Made by a program: the position numbers and the translations under genes. 64,000 nucleotides of DNA from Octopus bimaculoides (taxonomy: Eukaryota), in NCBI RefSeq assembly GCF_001194135.2, contig NC_068983.1:66893828-66957827 (forward strand), written 5' to 3'. Shown one piece after another: positions 1-13,498 of the stretch. Under the pieces are notes generated by a model. That model had not been told where the DNA came from, did no database searches, and saw nothing but the letters and a program-made list of their open reading frames with translations. Positions within the stretch are counted from its first letter, which is position 1. Every line of letters begins with the position of its first letter.

Positions 1-138
1 AGCAGTCTGGTTCCCTCCTCATTGCGGGAACCGAAGCCATAGCCTCCATGTATGCCATGGAAGCCTCCAGCACGACGTCCGACATGACCGTTGAAGTCTC
101 CAGCCACAAAGAGAAGGTCCCCGTCACTCGTCGACGAG
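1..138 (+). CDS. Partial exon of host gene (5' end outside window); frame 3 reads QSGSLLIAGTEAIASMYAMEASSTTSDMTVEVSSHKEKVPVTRRR
   Basis: GC/CpG-rich island in AT-rich DNA; frame 3 open from base 3; GAG|GTAGTT donor at 139 (phase 1); composition turns AT-rich soon after. Could partly be 5' UTR. Confidence 0.55.
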
Positions 139-1156
139 GTAGTTTGCAAGAGGGTGTCATAGAATTGGTCTTTCAGACCATCTGGTAGCCCCTAGTAAGG
201 AAATTTACACTTTCTTAGAAAATGCATTTTGAAGCATGCATTAAACTCTTTTAAAAAGTTAACTATATATTGATACTCACACACACTCTCACACACACAC
301 GCGCGCGCGCATGCACACGCACGCACACAGAAAAAGAAAGAAGTAACAGTGAGAGAGAATAGTTTATATTATTCTCAGTATAGATGATGTAATCTCAGCA
401 TAGGTTACATCCATATAGTCTTTTCTTACTCATGGCTCCTTTCCTGAAATTTACAAAATCCATCCCAAACACGCACTTGTCTCCTTTCATTTGGCATATC
501 TTTGTGTAGTGAAAACTGAAATTATTTTGCAGTTTGAATTATTAAAATTCCATCTCCGCTGTATGTTATCTCCTACTGCACAACCACAGCAGTTCAAATT
601 ATGCAGCAACATTAAACTTATCCATTCGGTTTGATCTGCCAGTGTGTGAGTGATTAACTGTTAAGCAAAGAAAGAAAAATGAAATAATAGGAAGTTCGTC
701 CCAGTGGATTATTAAATTGTCCATTATACTATAGATATTGCTACAGTTCATAAACATAACTTCAATATTATTGTGATATGTTTATGTCTTGCCCTCTATC
801 ATGTTTTGAGGTTAGGATTCAGCACAATAATCCAAATTCTTTTGCTGCTCACTAAATTTTGGAGGAAATATATATAATTTTTTTATTGTAATATAATAAT
901 TAGATTTATTGCCTTTCGTAAGAAAATAAAGTAATGATAAAATACCATTGACTGATCACATAAGTACATTAAACTACAAACTCATCTGAGTTTCTGCCTC
1001 AAATGTATATTTTCCCAATCATTTATCAGTTATATAAGATTGTAAGAATGATGCAAGTTTTGAACAATTTCATTTCTTTGGAATTCTTTATGTCATAGAG
1101 TTCTTAATATCCCTGCAACTGTTTTCTTTTTTGCTCTTGAAGTTTATAGCATTTCC

Positions 1157-1460
1157 AGGGTCATAGCCAGGCTGAGGCAGGGGTGGGGGGCAGTTGCCTC
1201 CTCTGATTTTCCTTAACTGATGATAAAAGTGAGCCTAGTTTTGAAAATCAAGGGATGTTAAAATATTTGTTTTTGTGTTATTTTGATTTTGTCAAGGAGT
1301 TGACAATAAATAATAATGACTTTAAATAGTAAATTTAGTTTTAGGCTAAAATAATGAATGACCTTTCACAGTGGTAGTTAAAGCATGTAAAGTAACTACT
1401 TATTGAATGTTCTCTCACACTTCCTGACCCCAAGTATTTTGGTCATCTGGCTGTGGGCTA
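1157..1460. mobile_element. Possible degenerate MITE
   Basis: GC-rich ends CATAGCCAGGCTGAGG and CATCTGGCTGTGGG are imperfect inverted repeats around an AT-rich interior. Confidence 0.25.
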
Positions 1461-2694
1461 TATTTAGACATAACTGTCTGCCTGCCTGGGAATTCCTACC
1501 ATTGATTGGAGCTATTTTTGAATACCTGTGAGATCACACTCCTGATAGTAGAGTGAGAAAGAGAGGTTTTGGATTGGTAACTGGTGTATTTATTGCAACC
1601 ACTTGCTCAACAGCACACTTAACAGGATGTATATTTGGAAGGATCCTAGTTATAAACATGCAAAAATAAGCAATTATTTCAAACGAGTACCATCAAACAT
1701 GTAAGTATCCTTAATATACTGAAAAAGGGTAAAACAAATTGTTTCCTGTAAAACTTGAACTCTTCTTCCTCTGTGGTCTTTTGTCAGCAGAGCTTATCTA
1801 TTACTGACCCATCCATCATCTGTTTGTTCATCAACCTTTTCTACAAATGACTTCTCTCAAACTGTTGGCCCAAATGGGACCAGATTTTTATGATAGTACC
1901 TGGCTTGGTCCTCTATCAAGTTTGTTTAACTTGTGCTGATTCAGCAATTGTTTACCATTCTTTGAACAAATTACTTAACAATCTTCTTCTCTGAAACAAT
2001 TGGACCTAATGTCAGAAAAAGTTATTGGGTGTTCTTTGGGTAGTCCCCTACAAAGTTAATTGATAGTTTATTAATAGGAGGATTTTCTATTTAATAGAAA
2101 ATCTTTTTAATAGAGAACACATAAGGACTTTTCATTTTCTATGTTTTTCATGATATTTCCCGGTCAGAATCATCAAGACAAATACCAAATGACAGTTACA
2201 GGTTTACTGACTGGGCAAATTACAACAATGGGATCTCTTCAGTTTCACTCACAGATTTTTTAATTATTATTTTTTTTTAACAAAACAGTTTGAAACTTCA
2301 TATACTGGTTTAATTTCTCATGCTGAACACAGTTTACTTTCAACATTTTTGACAAAATTTCTTATTTTAGAAGTTTTTTCATGTTAAATCATCCAATTTC
2401 GTTTTTCTTGTAAAAAGCAATGGACGGAAGCATTTAAAGACAATTAAATTCATAGAAGCAAACAAAATCAAAAATATTAATTTTAATCGTAATGATGAAG
2501 AGGAGTAAACATTTTTGAATCTAGATAGTTTAAGTCACAAAATCAGCCCCCTTTAATTTTGCTCAGATTGTTTCCAAATTTGGGCTATGGATGGAGCTGG
2601 GAATTTTGATTACACTCAATCAATTACTTTATCTCGTAAATTAAAGAACTTGATGTTATTTGGAATTAAAGTTGGAAAATTTGTGTAATTTTAG

Positions 2695-2740
2695 CCAATC
2701 AACAGACAGTGAGGCATTAACAGCTAGTTACCATAGCAAC
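2695..2740 (+). promoter_or_regulatory. CCAAT box (2695-2699) plus RFX X-box GTTACCATAGCAAC (2727-2740)
   Basis: Exact match to the RFX consensus GTTNCCATRGCAAC, with AGCCAATC about 30 bp upstream. Function unproven. Confidence 0.4.
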
Positions 2741-3010
2741 ATATGACTTGCTGTGCTGAGCCTTCTTGTCTGCATGCAGTTTCTCTGTACATGTTTTAGT
2801 TTTGTTATTTTTGTGCAAACTATATAAATCGTCCTTTACCTGTGCTTATCAATTAGAATTTAATTTTAGGTATTTTTCATGAATTTCCATAGTATTTTAT
2901 AGCAAGACTTCCTTTTGTACCCCACCAAAAACCCCACTTTTTATCTATTTAAAAATTTTTTTTTCTACACAAACTCCCTTTTTCGGCTATGGAAAATATA
3001 AATCTGCGAA

Positions 3011-3439
3011 AAAATTGACAAAAATCAGCATTTTGAAATTACCCCTCCCTGCCACTAATTTCTTCATTTTTTTAATATTTTTCAGAAATTTTCTTTTTTT
3101 TCTTTTTTCAAAATAGGCGGAAAAATACAGTGATTATGATTCTGAAAAAAATTTCACCTCTCCCTCCCCTCACAGTGTACAGCTACTTTTTTCAGAAATT
3201 TTTTTTTTCAAAATATGCAGAAAAATATGGAGATTATGATTCTGAAAAAGATTTCTAAAAATTTCTGTAGTTNNNNNNNNNNNNNNNNNNNNNNNNNNNN
3301 NNNNNNNNNNNNNNNNNNNNNNNNNNNNNNNNNNNNNNNNNNNNNNNNNNNNNNNNNNNNNNNNNNNNNNNNNNNNNNNNNNNNNNNNNNNNNNNNNNNN
3401 NNNNNNNGAAATTTCAAAATGCTAATTTTTGACAATTTT
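3011..3439. repeat. Foldback/MITE-like structure: 30-bp inverted repeats enclosing two direct repeats and an assembly gap
   Basis: 3011-3040 vs reverse complement of 3410-3439 match 28/30; direct repeats at about 3078-3155 and 3187-3255. Confidence 0.55.
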
Positions 3440-5137
3440 CCGAAATGACCGTATGCGAAAACAGAAGTTTTTTGAAAAAAAAAAAAAAAATTGGGGAGGA
3501 AAAGGGGAGAACGGGAGGAAGTATTTCCTATTTTACATATATTTTGTGAAGTTTTTCTGTGTTTGTTTACTTTTTGCTTGTTGGTAAAAGCCTAGAATGG
3601 CTGCATCCAGGTCATTTTGAAAACGGAGGTGGATGCTGCATATTATTTCAAAAAAAAATTAGGGTGTTATCCCTACAAAAAAGTGTAATAAATCTAGGCA
3701 CAATATAACTAAGAAAGTGGTTCGTGGGAATTTGCACTCGCAACGCATGTCATGAACATTTACCCAAACACATACAGACAAATACATTAATATAATAAAA
3801 AGATTAATTAATTAAAACATGACTTCATAAGGAATTTATCTTTATTTAGAAGCCTAGAATGAACAGGTCACGCGGGGTAAAACATTACATGGTACAACCT
3901 TAAAGTTGACACCGTTCGCTACAATGAAAGTTTATTATTGGCTAAAAATAGACAGCATTTCAATTTTTAAATGTCTGTAAATCTAGGCACATGTTGATCT
4001 CATAAGTGTCACATGGTGGAAATAAAGACAATTACCAAACTTTCATTCATGAGACCATTTACTATTTCGTTTCTTTGCACTTCAATTTGTACAGTTGTAC
4101 TTCCGATTGCGTACAAGCACATATGTAAAACTGTGTCCTTTATTTTTATAATCATCATTTGCTGATATCAAAATAAACATATTTTGTAGCGGGGGCCATT
4201 TGTGACTCCAAGGGTGAAAAGGTGGGTGGTGTTTGGCCAAAATGGGTTGAGAACCTTTGCTGTATAATATATTAAATCAGATCTGCAGGTATAGATATAT
4301 GCCTTTCTGACATACCCTCCCCTTCCCATCACTGGGACAATGCATAAAACTGTAATTGCTAACTTGGTTTGGTTTTTGCTGGTCTTTGCCTCCTCTAATA
4401 ATTTAGTCTGGATACGGCCCTGATTTCTATATGTTGCTATTTCTCTTAACTTCAGTTCATTTCAACTTCTCATATTTCATTTTAAATCAGTACTGTCTGT
4501 CTATACTCATTGCAGACCAGTCATTATTTTTCACTTATTTTCAAATAGTCTCTACTATTCTTTCTTTCAGTAGCCCCATATAATTATGAAGGTAGTGATA
4601 GCAAAGACAACCATTTTCATTTATTTTTCATTTTTTATCTCTTTCTGAATCTTTCCTCTATAAACAGATATCTGCCAGATGGCTTTTGACAACATTGCCA
4701 TAACAATTTATCTATTTATTTTCCATTCTAAAAGTTCAGCAATTGCTAAAAATGTGAACTGATGCTTTATCTAATAAGTTAAATCACTGGTTCTCAAAAA
4801 TATTTGCTACATATTAGCTCTTAAGATACTATCAAAAGTTGTAAATGCATTATATATCTCTTTTTTAGAATACAATTTATCAACTATGTTGAAATCAACA
4901 GTGTAATCCTGTTCTTCTAACAATATAACGTTAGTGTACATAATATTTTAATAATAAATTGTTCTGCTTTAAGTATGGTGTGATTATCATGATCTTCCTA
5001 CTACAATGTAAATACACAAAAGTTTGGGATCCACCAATTGCTGTATTTGTAAACTTGATTTTTATATCAAACAACCTCTGACTCAAAACTTTAAACATAC
5101 ACACACAAACAGTACTCAAAGATTTGAGTGCACATAC

Positions 5138-5146
5138 CCACACACA

Positions 5147-5240
<94 letters not shown>
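5138..5240. repeat. Compound (CA)n(CT)n microsatellite
   Basis: Seen directly; explains the spurious ERERER/HTHTHT ORFs. Confidence 0.95.
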
Positions 5241-5241
<1 letters not shown>

Positions 5242-8200
5242 AGACACACACTTGTTAAACATCAAATTTTTCATGCTAGCAAGGCTTTGGATGTAGATTT
5301 ATTTTTGAAACAGAATTTTACAGATGAATGTGGGTACTCTTACAGCTGTNNNNNNNNNNNNNNNNNNNNNNNNNNNNNNNNNNNNNNNNNNNNNNNNNNN
5401 NNNNNNNNNNNNNNNNNNNNNNNNNNNNNNNNNNNNNNNNNNNNNNNNNNNNNNNNNNNNNNNNNNNNNNNNNNNNNNNNNNNNNNNNNNNNNNNNNNNN
5501 NNNNNNNNNNNNNNNNNNNNNNNNNNNNNNNNNNNNNNNNNNNNNNNNNNNNNNNNNNNNNNNNNNNNNNNNNNNNNATATATATATATATACAGTTAAT
5601 GCTAACACATTGAGCCACTTTCTTATCACTGATACTTTCAACCAGAAGTCACCAAGAGAAGGTTTCAAACTATTTGAGTGATTTTACCTAACTACAAAGT
5701 AATCCAGTCCACAGGCCACCATTGATGAGCTGTCACAGCCTATCTTCCCCTGGTTCTTTCTATTAACTCCTAACCTGTGAATTGCTGTCTTCCTCTGCTA
5801 TTACTAGAGCTGTAAATATATTCCACAAAGATTGTTTTGGGAATCTCCTGCAGCCAACTTCTGCTGCAGACAACCCAACCTTCTATTCTTGGCTACGAAC
5901 ATTTTTGTGTTTCTTTTCTTGATTTCATTACTCCAATGATATTGTAAGAATATGGTGTTGCTTCTTTGGCAACCAGTTATTCAGAAATGACAGCCATAAG
6001 AATACCTGACCATTTTAAAAATCTTTTCAATGTTGTTTCTTACTTTGTAAATTCACATTCATGATTAACATGCATGTAAGAACTCTTTAAACTGAAGTAC
6101 TTTAACTTTCCTATTACCAGAATTGCAACCTATATAAAACTGTCTCAGGATGATTTTTTTTTTCTATAGAACTACTTATATCTTTATCTTATTGTATTAT
6201 TGTGTCAATCACTATCTTTCTATCTGAATTTTAAATAGAAAAAATTAGCAGGAAATAATTTTTTCCTTATTTTCACATCCTATATGTAGTAAGAATTTCC
6301 AAACAGACAATACTCAATTTTAGCTTATTTATTATTCTGAAGTGCACTGTTAGGTAAGGTTTCATTCACTTGAAATTTATCTTACACATCAGTAATTTAT
6401 CCTACATACACCATATTTACTCACTGAAATACAAAGGAAAATATAACAAGACATGTACTCTCTCAGGTATATGAGGTGTGAATTGTTAATTTCATCCCAA
6501 AAATGCATCTAAATATAGCATGCACAGTATTTTCTCTTATTAATAAACTCTGTAAAATTTATTGCCATAGTTACAGAAAAATATATATTCTCAGGATAGC
6601 TAAAGCCTAAAAGAGATGCTATTGCAGTCTAATTAGTAAAGTACTGAGTTCTAATAAGAAGGAGAATAATTTTGTTTGCTTTCTCTGAAAATATATTTGC
6701 TCCTGTTAAATAGCAAAGAGGAAAAGTGTCATAATGATCTAAGTCAGTGTTTTTCAAGCATTTTTTGCCTGTAGACCCTTTTGATTTCTATTTTATTCTG
6801 CTGGACCGCCACAGCCATTCACTGTATATAAAAAAAAACCTATCATATTTTTAAAATTAGAAGTTGTATAAAAATCTGTAGAATACTGGATAAAACACTT
6901 AACAGTATTTAATTACATCCCTCCAGAGTCGACTTCGTCTTTGACTTGATTGATAAAATAAGCTACTTACTGGAGTCAGTTTAATTGACTGTACCTTATC
7001 CCCATCATTTGTCACCTTGTATCAGTAATAGAAATCAATAATTAGAAGTTAGTATTGAAGAATTTTATATTGGCTGACAAATTGCTCTGTTAAATTTACA
7101 TTCCATATGCATTATAAAATATCTCTATCTCAAATACATATGTCTCTAATCTATGATCTTCAAGTTTAAAATATAGAGCCCCCCCAAAAAAATATGTTTT
7201 GATTTTCATATATAGAAAAAAATTGTAGTAAGTAGTTCATTGACAAAAGTTTTATTTTCATATTTTCTGAAGGTTATCCAATTTAGTAGGGCAGAATTTG
7301 TGATGGGTAATTTTTAAAGTTGCTCATGGAGCAATAATCACAAGCAGTGGTAAAAGTTGCTGTACCACTTAGTAAACTAGCAAGCAATAAGTTTATTAAA
7401 AGTTGGCATTTCTGAACTTTCTTTATCTGTTGGTTTGGTTTCTTTTTTCCCCTTAAAAAAAAAGTTTGTATTGAACATTTCTGCAAATGCAGTTATTTTA
7501 ATTTTTGCTTGTTTGTATAAATATTTTTATCATCCTTTTATAATAATCCTGTTTACACAGTCATGTAAGCTATATCAAATTGAATAAACCTTCTTTAAAA
7601 TATTTAATAAAGTTCTATGGTAATTTTTTAGTTGAATATTTTAGCCAATTTTTGACAATGGTTGTCTTTCATACATAGTATGAATATCAATCTCCCTATT
7701 TAAATTTGCATGCAGAAAAGTGATATTTAGCAGTCACTTATATCATGTATTTATGTGATGAGCTGAATACTTTGAAATGGATTAGAGTTTTATTTGTGGT
7801 CACAGAAACATTAATATATAAAGACTACATAGCTTGCGAGTCGATATAGTTGAAATGACTGTCTCTTGGCTCTCAGCCTGTTATTTAGAAGAATGTTATC
7901 TTTGGCCCCAGGCCAGTGATGCTTCTAGCATTTTACCATTAACTTTAAAGGAAAAGTTTCTTCTAAATTGCCAGAATTTTATATCAGCAATCAGTTGTAT
8001 ACCTCACCCTGTTTACACATAATCTGTATTTGTAAATTAAAAGGATGAATAAGACAATAATAAAGTCTTTAAATATTGATTTATTATATCAAGAATAAAA
8101 AGAGAAGTTTGATTATTAACCTATAGTTTCTTTCAAACCAATTTAATTTTAATATTAATAAACTTTTTAATGATTTAATCAGCTTCTGATATTCCTTTAG

Positions 8201-10559
8201 CATTGGGAGTGGAGGGATTTCCATTACAAATTCAGCAAATAGCAATACAATAAATCCTTTTCTATTATTCAAATACAATCATCTAAGTACCATGAGGGAA
8301 ACCTCACTAACTCTACTTTTGAACTCAAATTGAAACTAGCTATACCATAACTTATCAAACAAGTTACTCTTTCCACATTAAACTTGCATATAAGTAGCAT
8401 AAAGCAATTGCCTATAACTTGCATCTGTGATATTACGTTTAATTTACAGTTCACCTTTAAAAGATTAGATGTTTTCATCCAGGATTTTTGAAAGCATATT
8501 GTTAAGCCATTTGATTACAAACCATAAGTTTAAAGTTACTTATAACCATTGAAAAAGATCCATTTTCAAGTGAACTACATTGTTCTCTTGAGTTTGTCTG
8601 TCTGAAAACTTATTCCATTCTTCTGTAGTAGTTCTATTTCCTATTGAGAGAAAACTGTAGATAAAAACTTGCACTGTAGAAACATCCAGATTGTCAAAGA
8701 TTATTCCACTATTGAATGTAAAATGGATGTTACAATTTCTTAAACATAGCCTGTATGTATTTCTGAACATAACTTACTACACTTTTATAATCTACCAAGG
8801 AGAGTAGACTAGAATGTCTTCCCTTTACTGTTTTCAGGTAAGCATGAAATCAAAATCTTTTAGTGGTGACACCTTAGGAATTTTAACTTTTATACTTTTT
8901 TGAAAAGTAAGTTAAGTAAAATGAGTATGATTAAAAATCAAAATGAAATCAAATAAAATCAAAATTCAGTTCACTATTCACTACTCTTTGCAGCTCATCA
9001 CTATATTTGATGTTACACAAAACTATATATTGCCATTTTTTCTAGTATGCACCATATCTTTATTACCTTAAACTAGTGACTTCAAAATAGTAGTTTCTTT
9101 TCAATAAGCATTTGTTTTTTGTTTTTATTTATTATATTTTATGAAGCTGAGATATAATCATTTGAATCTGTTCAAATCAGTACTTATTTTGATCAATCTT
9201 AGTAAGATGATGGACAGTTTCTCCTTTTTAATTTTCCATCTTATTTGCATTTCTATAGAAAATTATATCAACTTTTAGTTATTTGAAGAATTATAGTAAC
9301 TGCATATACAAAAAATGATAAATAAAAGGTCTTTAGATGACATAATTTACCTCCCTTATTCATAATGTGCTATGTCAAGTTAAAAACATCAGAAAAAGAA
9401 GATAAAGTCTCACCAGTTAAGATCAAATAGCAGATAAATCTGGTGTCTTCAGAAGTGTTGGATTTTAAGTATTATGGTACTATGGTCTTATTTGTTGGTA
9501 GTTTTGATTAGTTCTGGTGAAACATTAATATTATAGAGTCTTAAAATTGCAGTCCATCAATTAACACACCAGCTATCATTGTCACCATCACTATTATCCT
9601 CCTCATTGTTTTTCGAATTCGTCTCCATGTTGGCATGAACTGGACAAGTTGTCATGATCCAAATTTTTATTTGGTATTACTACCCCCTTAAATAGTTTAG
9701 AGAGCATATGTTACTCTTAATGTTTCATTTCTAGATTAGTTTCTACAGCTTGGTGCATTTTCTACTACTAGCAACTTCAAAGAATATACTGGTTATATTT
9801 CAGGACACCAGCACTAGAGAGATTACCTTGCTCCTAGCAAACCCAAAGAGCCCTCTCAACCCTATGTTATTTCATTTGTTCCTTCACTTGCACTGGAGAT
9901 GTGATCTTGTTCAAAAAGAGTAAATAGAGCCCCACCCCTTTTGCATTGCCTTTGTTTCTTCCTTTCTTCCAAATAATTGAGTGTGCAGAAAGAAACATTT
10001 TTCCATCACATCACTAGTGAAGTGGTACATTACCTTAACTGGTTACATTACATTACCTTAACTGGTAGTAAAGTGGAAGGGAGAGAAAGTAATAGAACCA
10101 GAGTAGTGTGAGCAACAGGGTTGTAGAAGAGAGAGTAATGGACAATAATCAGATTAGAGTGAAAGGGTGACAGGAGATGGAGCAACTGAAGAGGAACAGA
10201 GTAAAAGGGACAGAAGAGAGATTGAAGAGAGGGTACTAAAAATCAAAAGAGAGAGAGAATGATAGAATAAGACTAAGATAAAAAAAATTGAGTAAATAAA
10301 GAGAGTAAGTCAGAGTGATCAAAGAGAAAGTAAGAGACTGTAGAACAGAAACACAGGGATGAAAAACGGAATAAATGGCAGAAAGGGCAGATTGATGGGA
10401 GAGAGAGAATGATTGATAAGAAAGTTGTGAAAAGAGGGAGTACAGTAGATGGTTGGTGGCAAAAAGTTTTTAAAATTATAGAAATGGCTGAGAGATCTAA
10501 ATGTACATATTAAACATCCCGACTTCCATTCTAATTGATTTTTATGCCTGTTATATTTT

Positions 10560-11790
10560 TGTCTTTTTTATATGCTAATATTTATTGAGCAGGTCTTCTA
10601 CTACTCAGTATTTTACCACTTATCATAGACCTTCAACATCTTCTTTGTATGATTTGGCCTTTTTGATATACATCTTCACTACTTCTTCTTATGCATTCCT
10701 TGGTCTCCCTCCTCCACACATTCTGTTCACTTAGAACATTTGACTCTCTTTTATGCAGCTATCTCCCACATGCATCACAAATATTCATTTGTATTCCAAC
10801 ATTTATATATTTCCAGTAGATTCCTTTCTTCCCAGCTTTCACAAACCCTCTGCAATAATAACCCACATTTCAGTATCATATAATATTGCACTTCTATGAT
10901 TGAAGAACAAATTCTATGATATGCAAGCATGATACAATTTACTTTCCGAGGGGTAAATACTTTGTTACCAGCTCCTTGAACTTTTCACCCAATTTTTGCT
11001 TTAATAACTGCTTTTAGAAAATTTGCCTCCCTTTCTTATTAGGTTACCTAGGTAAAAAAAAAATGTCTATCAGCTACTTCTAAGGACCCTTCTGGGTATT
11101 TGAAGAAATTTGTATGTGCATGTTTACTTACTACTAACTGCTATTGCACATTTGCCACATATATAGTACACCTCTCTCAGCCTTCCTATGATCCTAGTAC
11201 ACTCATCATGCATACATGGTATATACTTGATATACCATATAGAAAATCAACATATTTTTTTTCTGCATACCCACTTTCCCCACAAGTTGTAGGGGTCCTG
11301 TCTTTTATCATACTAATTCAGACATTTTTTTCTTTCTTGAGTTTACTTTGAGATGTCTTGAGTTGAGGTTTTGTTTCTGTATTTGAAACTTCTTTGGCAT
11401 TTGGGAGTTTCCACATACAGCTGATTTTAAATTCCTTTCTTTATGGGCTAATGAATTATAATCAACAAGAGGAGGCTGAGAGTTGAATCCCAATGGATGT
11501 TTACCTGTATGATAAATTCATTGGTGATCTCATTTCCAACTCTTACCTTGCTGAAAGCATCTATCTACAATGGCTTGCAAGGTCATTCTCAGTTATTCAT
11601 CTACATATAGTTTTCATAGAAACAACCAGATTATAGAGCATTGTACTCCATCAAAGGCTTTCTTGGTCAACAATTGCTAGGTAGAGTGATTTACTTCAAG
11701 TTAAGTATTTTTTAGTTATTGTTTCACCAGGAAGAGAACACCAGTGGTGCTCTAACCAGGTACAAAGCAAAACTAGATCTTGTCCAATAT
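10560..11790 (-). mobile_element. Old, heavily mutated RTE-clade LINE fragment (RT to C-terminus)
   Basis: Minus-strand remnants KAFDGV..IIW..DAFSKVRVGNE (11530-11660) and GRPRN..EEVVK (about 10690-10720); many stops and frameshifts. Confidence 0.65.
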
Positions 11791-12071
11791 TCTATATATG
11801 CAAAATGAAGCAAATAGTAACATCCAATATTATATTTTTTTTAAATGAATTAGAATATATGGAATCACTCAATAAATATTTCATTACACTTACCCATTTT
11901 TCTAACTTCATAACTGTAACGTTTAGCAATTGAAGTTTGAGTTTTAGTATCAGAAAGAAAATAAAACTTGAGAGTCTGTAGTATGAATTTTCCCATCATT
12001 ACCATTACTCTTATCATGGTTGTCACTACTGTTCATTTACTTGGTGCAGCCCACCAGCTGACCAGTTTTCA

Positions 12072-12134
12072 GTCAAACCGTCCAACCCATGCCAGCATGG
12101 TGAGTGGACGTTAAACAATGATGATGATGATGAC
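12072..12134 (+). mobile_element. RTE-type 3' terminus with (GAT)n tail
   Basis: TCAAACCGTCCAACCCATGCCAGCATGG..GGACGTTAAACAATGATGATG; same motif at about 17190-17236 and, reversed, at about 52300-52350. Confidence 0.8.
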
Positions 12135-12419
12135 AATGAAAATAACTTTAAAAAAAGAATAATAATACTATAATTTGTGACCAAAATCTCAACATTGTTA
12201 AATGAATATTTGAAGTGATTAAATTACTTTGGTTCCCAAATAATTGTTATTACAAAAATATTTCATTGTGTTAAAAAAATTTCTAACTCTGAAAGTTTTC
12301 ATTTTGTACCATAAGTTTAGAAATGATATAAATCTTTATTTCATGCTGCAGTATATTTTTAGTGGCACTAATCTATTTCTGTCACATGTTCCTTGTTTGT
12401 AATAAAGAATTGTTTTTCA

Positions 12420-12497
12420 TTTAAGAGAAATTTTTTTCTTTTAAGAGAACTTTTTTCTTTTAAGAGAACTTTTTTCTTTTAAGAGAAATTTTTCTTA
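12420..12497. repeat. Minisatellite, about 20-bp unit TTAAGAGAA(A/C)TTTTTTCTT x4
   Basis: Seen directly. Confidence 0.85.
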
Positions 12498-13207
12498 AAC
12501 AGAGTTGTTTCTTTATTTCTATTCACTTTTGCTCTGTTTAAATATCTATTTTCTGCAGACAATATTACATTTTTTAATATCATTACTTTGATACTTAAAG
12601 CTATCATATCTTTCATGGTATCATTTATTATTAAATATCTTTTAAACAATAAATAATAGTTGCTACTTATTACATATCTTTTAAGAATATGTTAGTCTAT
12701 TTCAGAATTTAGCGTTGATCCATTATTTCGCAATTGTTCATTTCTTGTTTTATGCAAAATGAATGCTTATATTTCACATTAAACAATAGAATACAAATTC
12801 TATAGAAATTAAAATGAGTTTGAGGAATTTTTTTCTAAATATGTATTCTCTGATTGTATCAAGAGGTTATGAGTGAATCATTTTAATATATTATGTTAAG
12901 ATCTTTTGACATAAAAATAAAATTTGGTGTCAAGTATATGCTTTCCCGTTAAAGAAATATGTCAAACGATAACCCAATTTTTTTACATTATTTCTTTCAA
13001 ATATTTATAGATATAAAATTATTTTCTATTGAAGATGATTTGGCTAATTACAATGTAGCCTTTCTATTTAAGGAAGTCAAAACATATGAAATAGAAAAAT
13101 TCAACTTAAGTTTTCTAAAATTGAATTGTATTTTATGTGTTTATGCATGTGTGTGATCATGCACATGTGTGTGTGTGGAATATGATAAAATTATGATAGA
13201 TAAATAG

Positions 13208-13212
<5 letters not shown>

Positions 13213-13258
<46 letters not shown>

Positions 13259-13291
13259 GCGAGAGAGAGAGAGCGAGAGAGAGAGAGAGAG
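13213..13291. repeat. (GA)n microsatellite upstream of exon acceptor
   Basis: Seen directly. Confidence 0.95.
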
Positions 13292-13498
13292 ACTGATATG
13301 CACATTTTCATTTTTACACTACCTGTTTGTGGTTAAAATATTGAGATTCTTTCAAAACCTACAACTACCATATACTCAATACAAGTATTGCATAAGTATG
13401 AAATATATAATGAATTTACAGTTCCAATATTTTATTTAGATTATTGGTTAATTGTTTACTGACAATTTTCTTTTTCTTTTTTCTTTTCCCTTTTACAG

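Noticed and set aside
8100-8770. Minus-strand ORFs with WYLDD and FNS motifs suggesting a CRE-like RT
   Set aside because: The QGDP motif and other RT blocks are not recognisable; too degenerate to call without a profile search.
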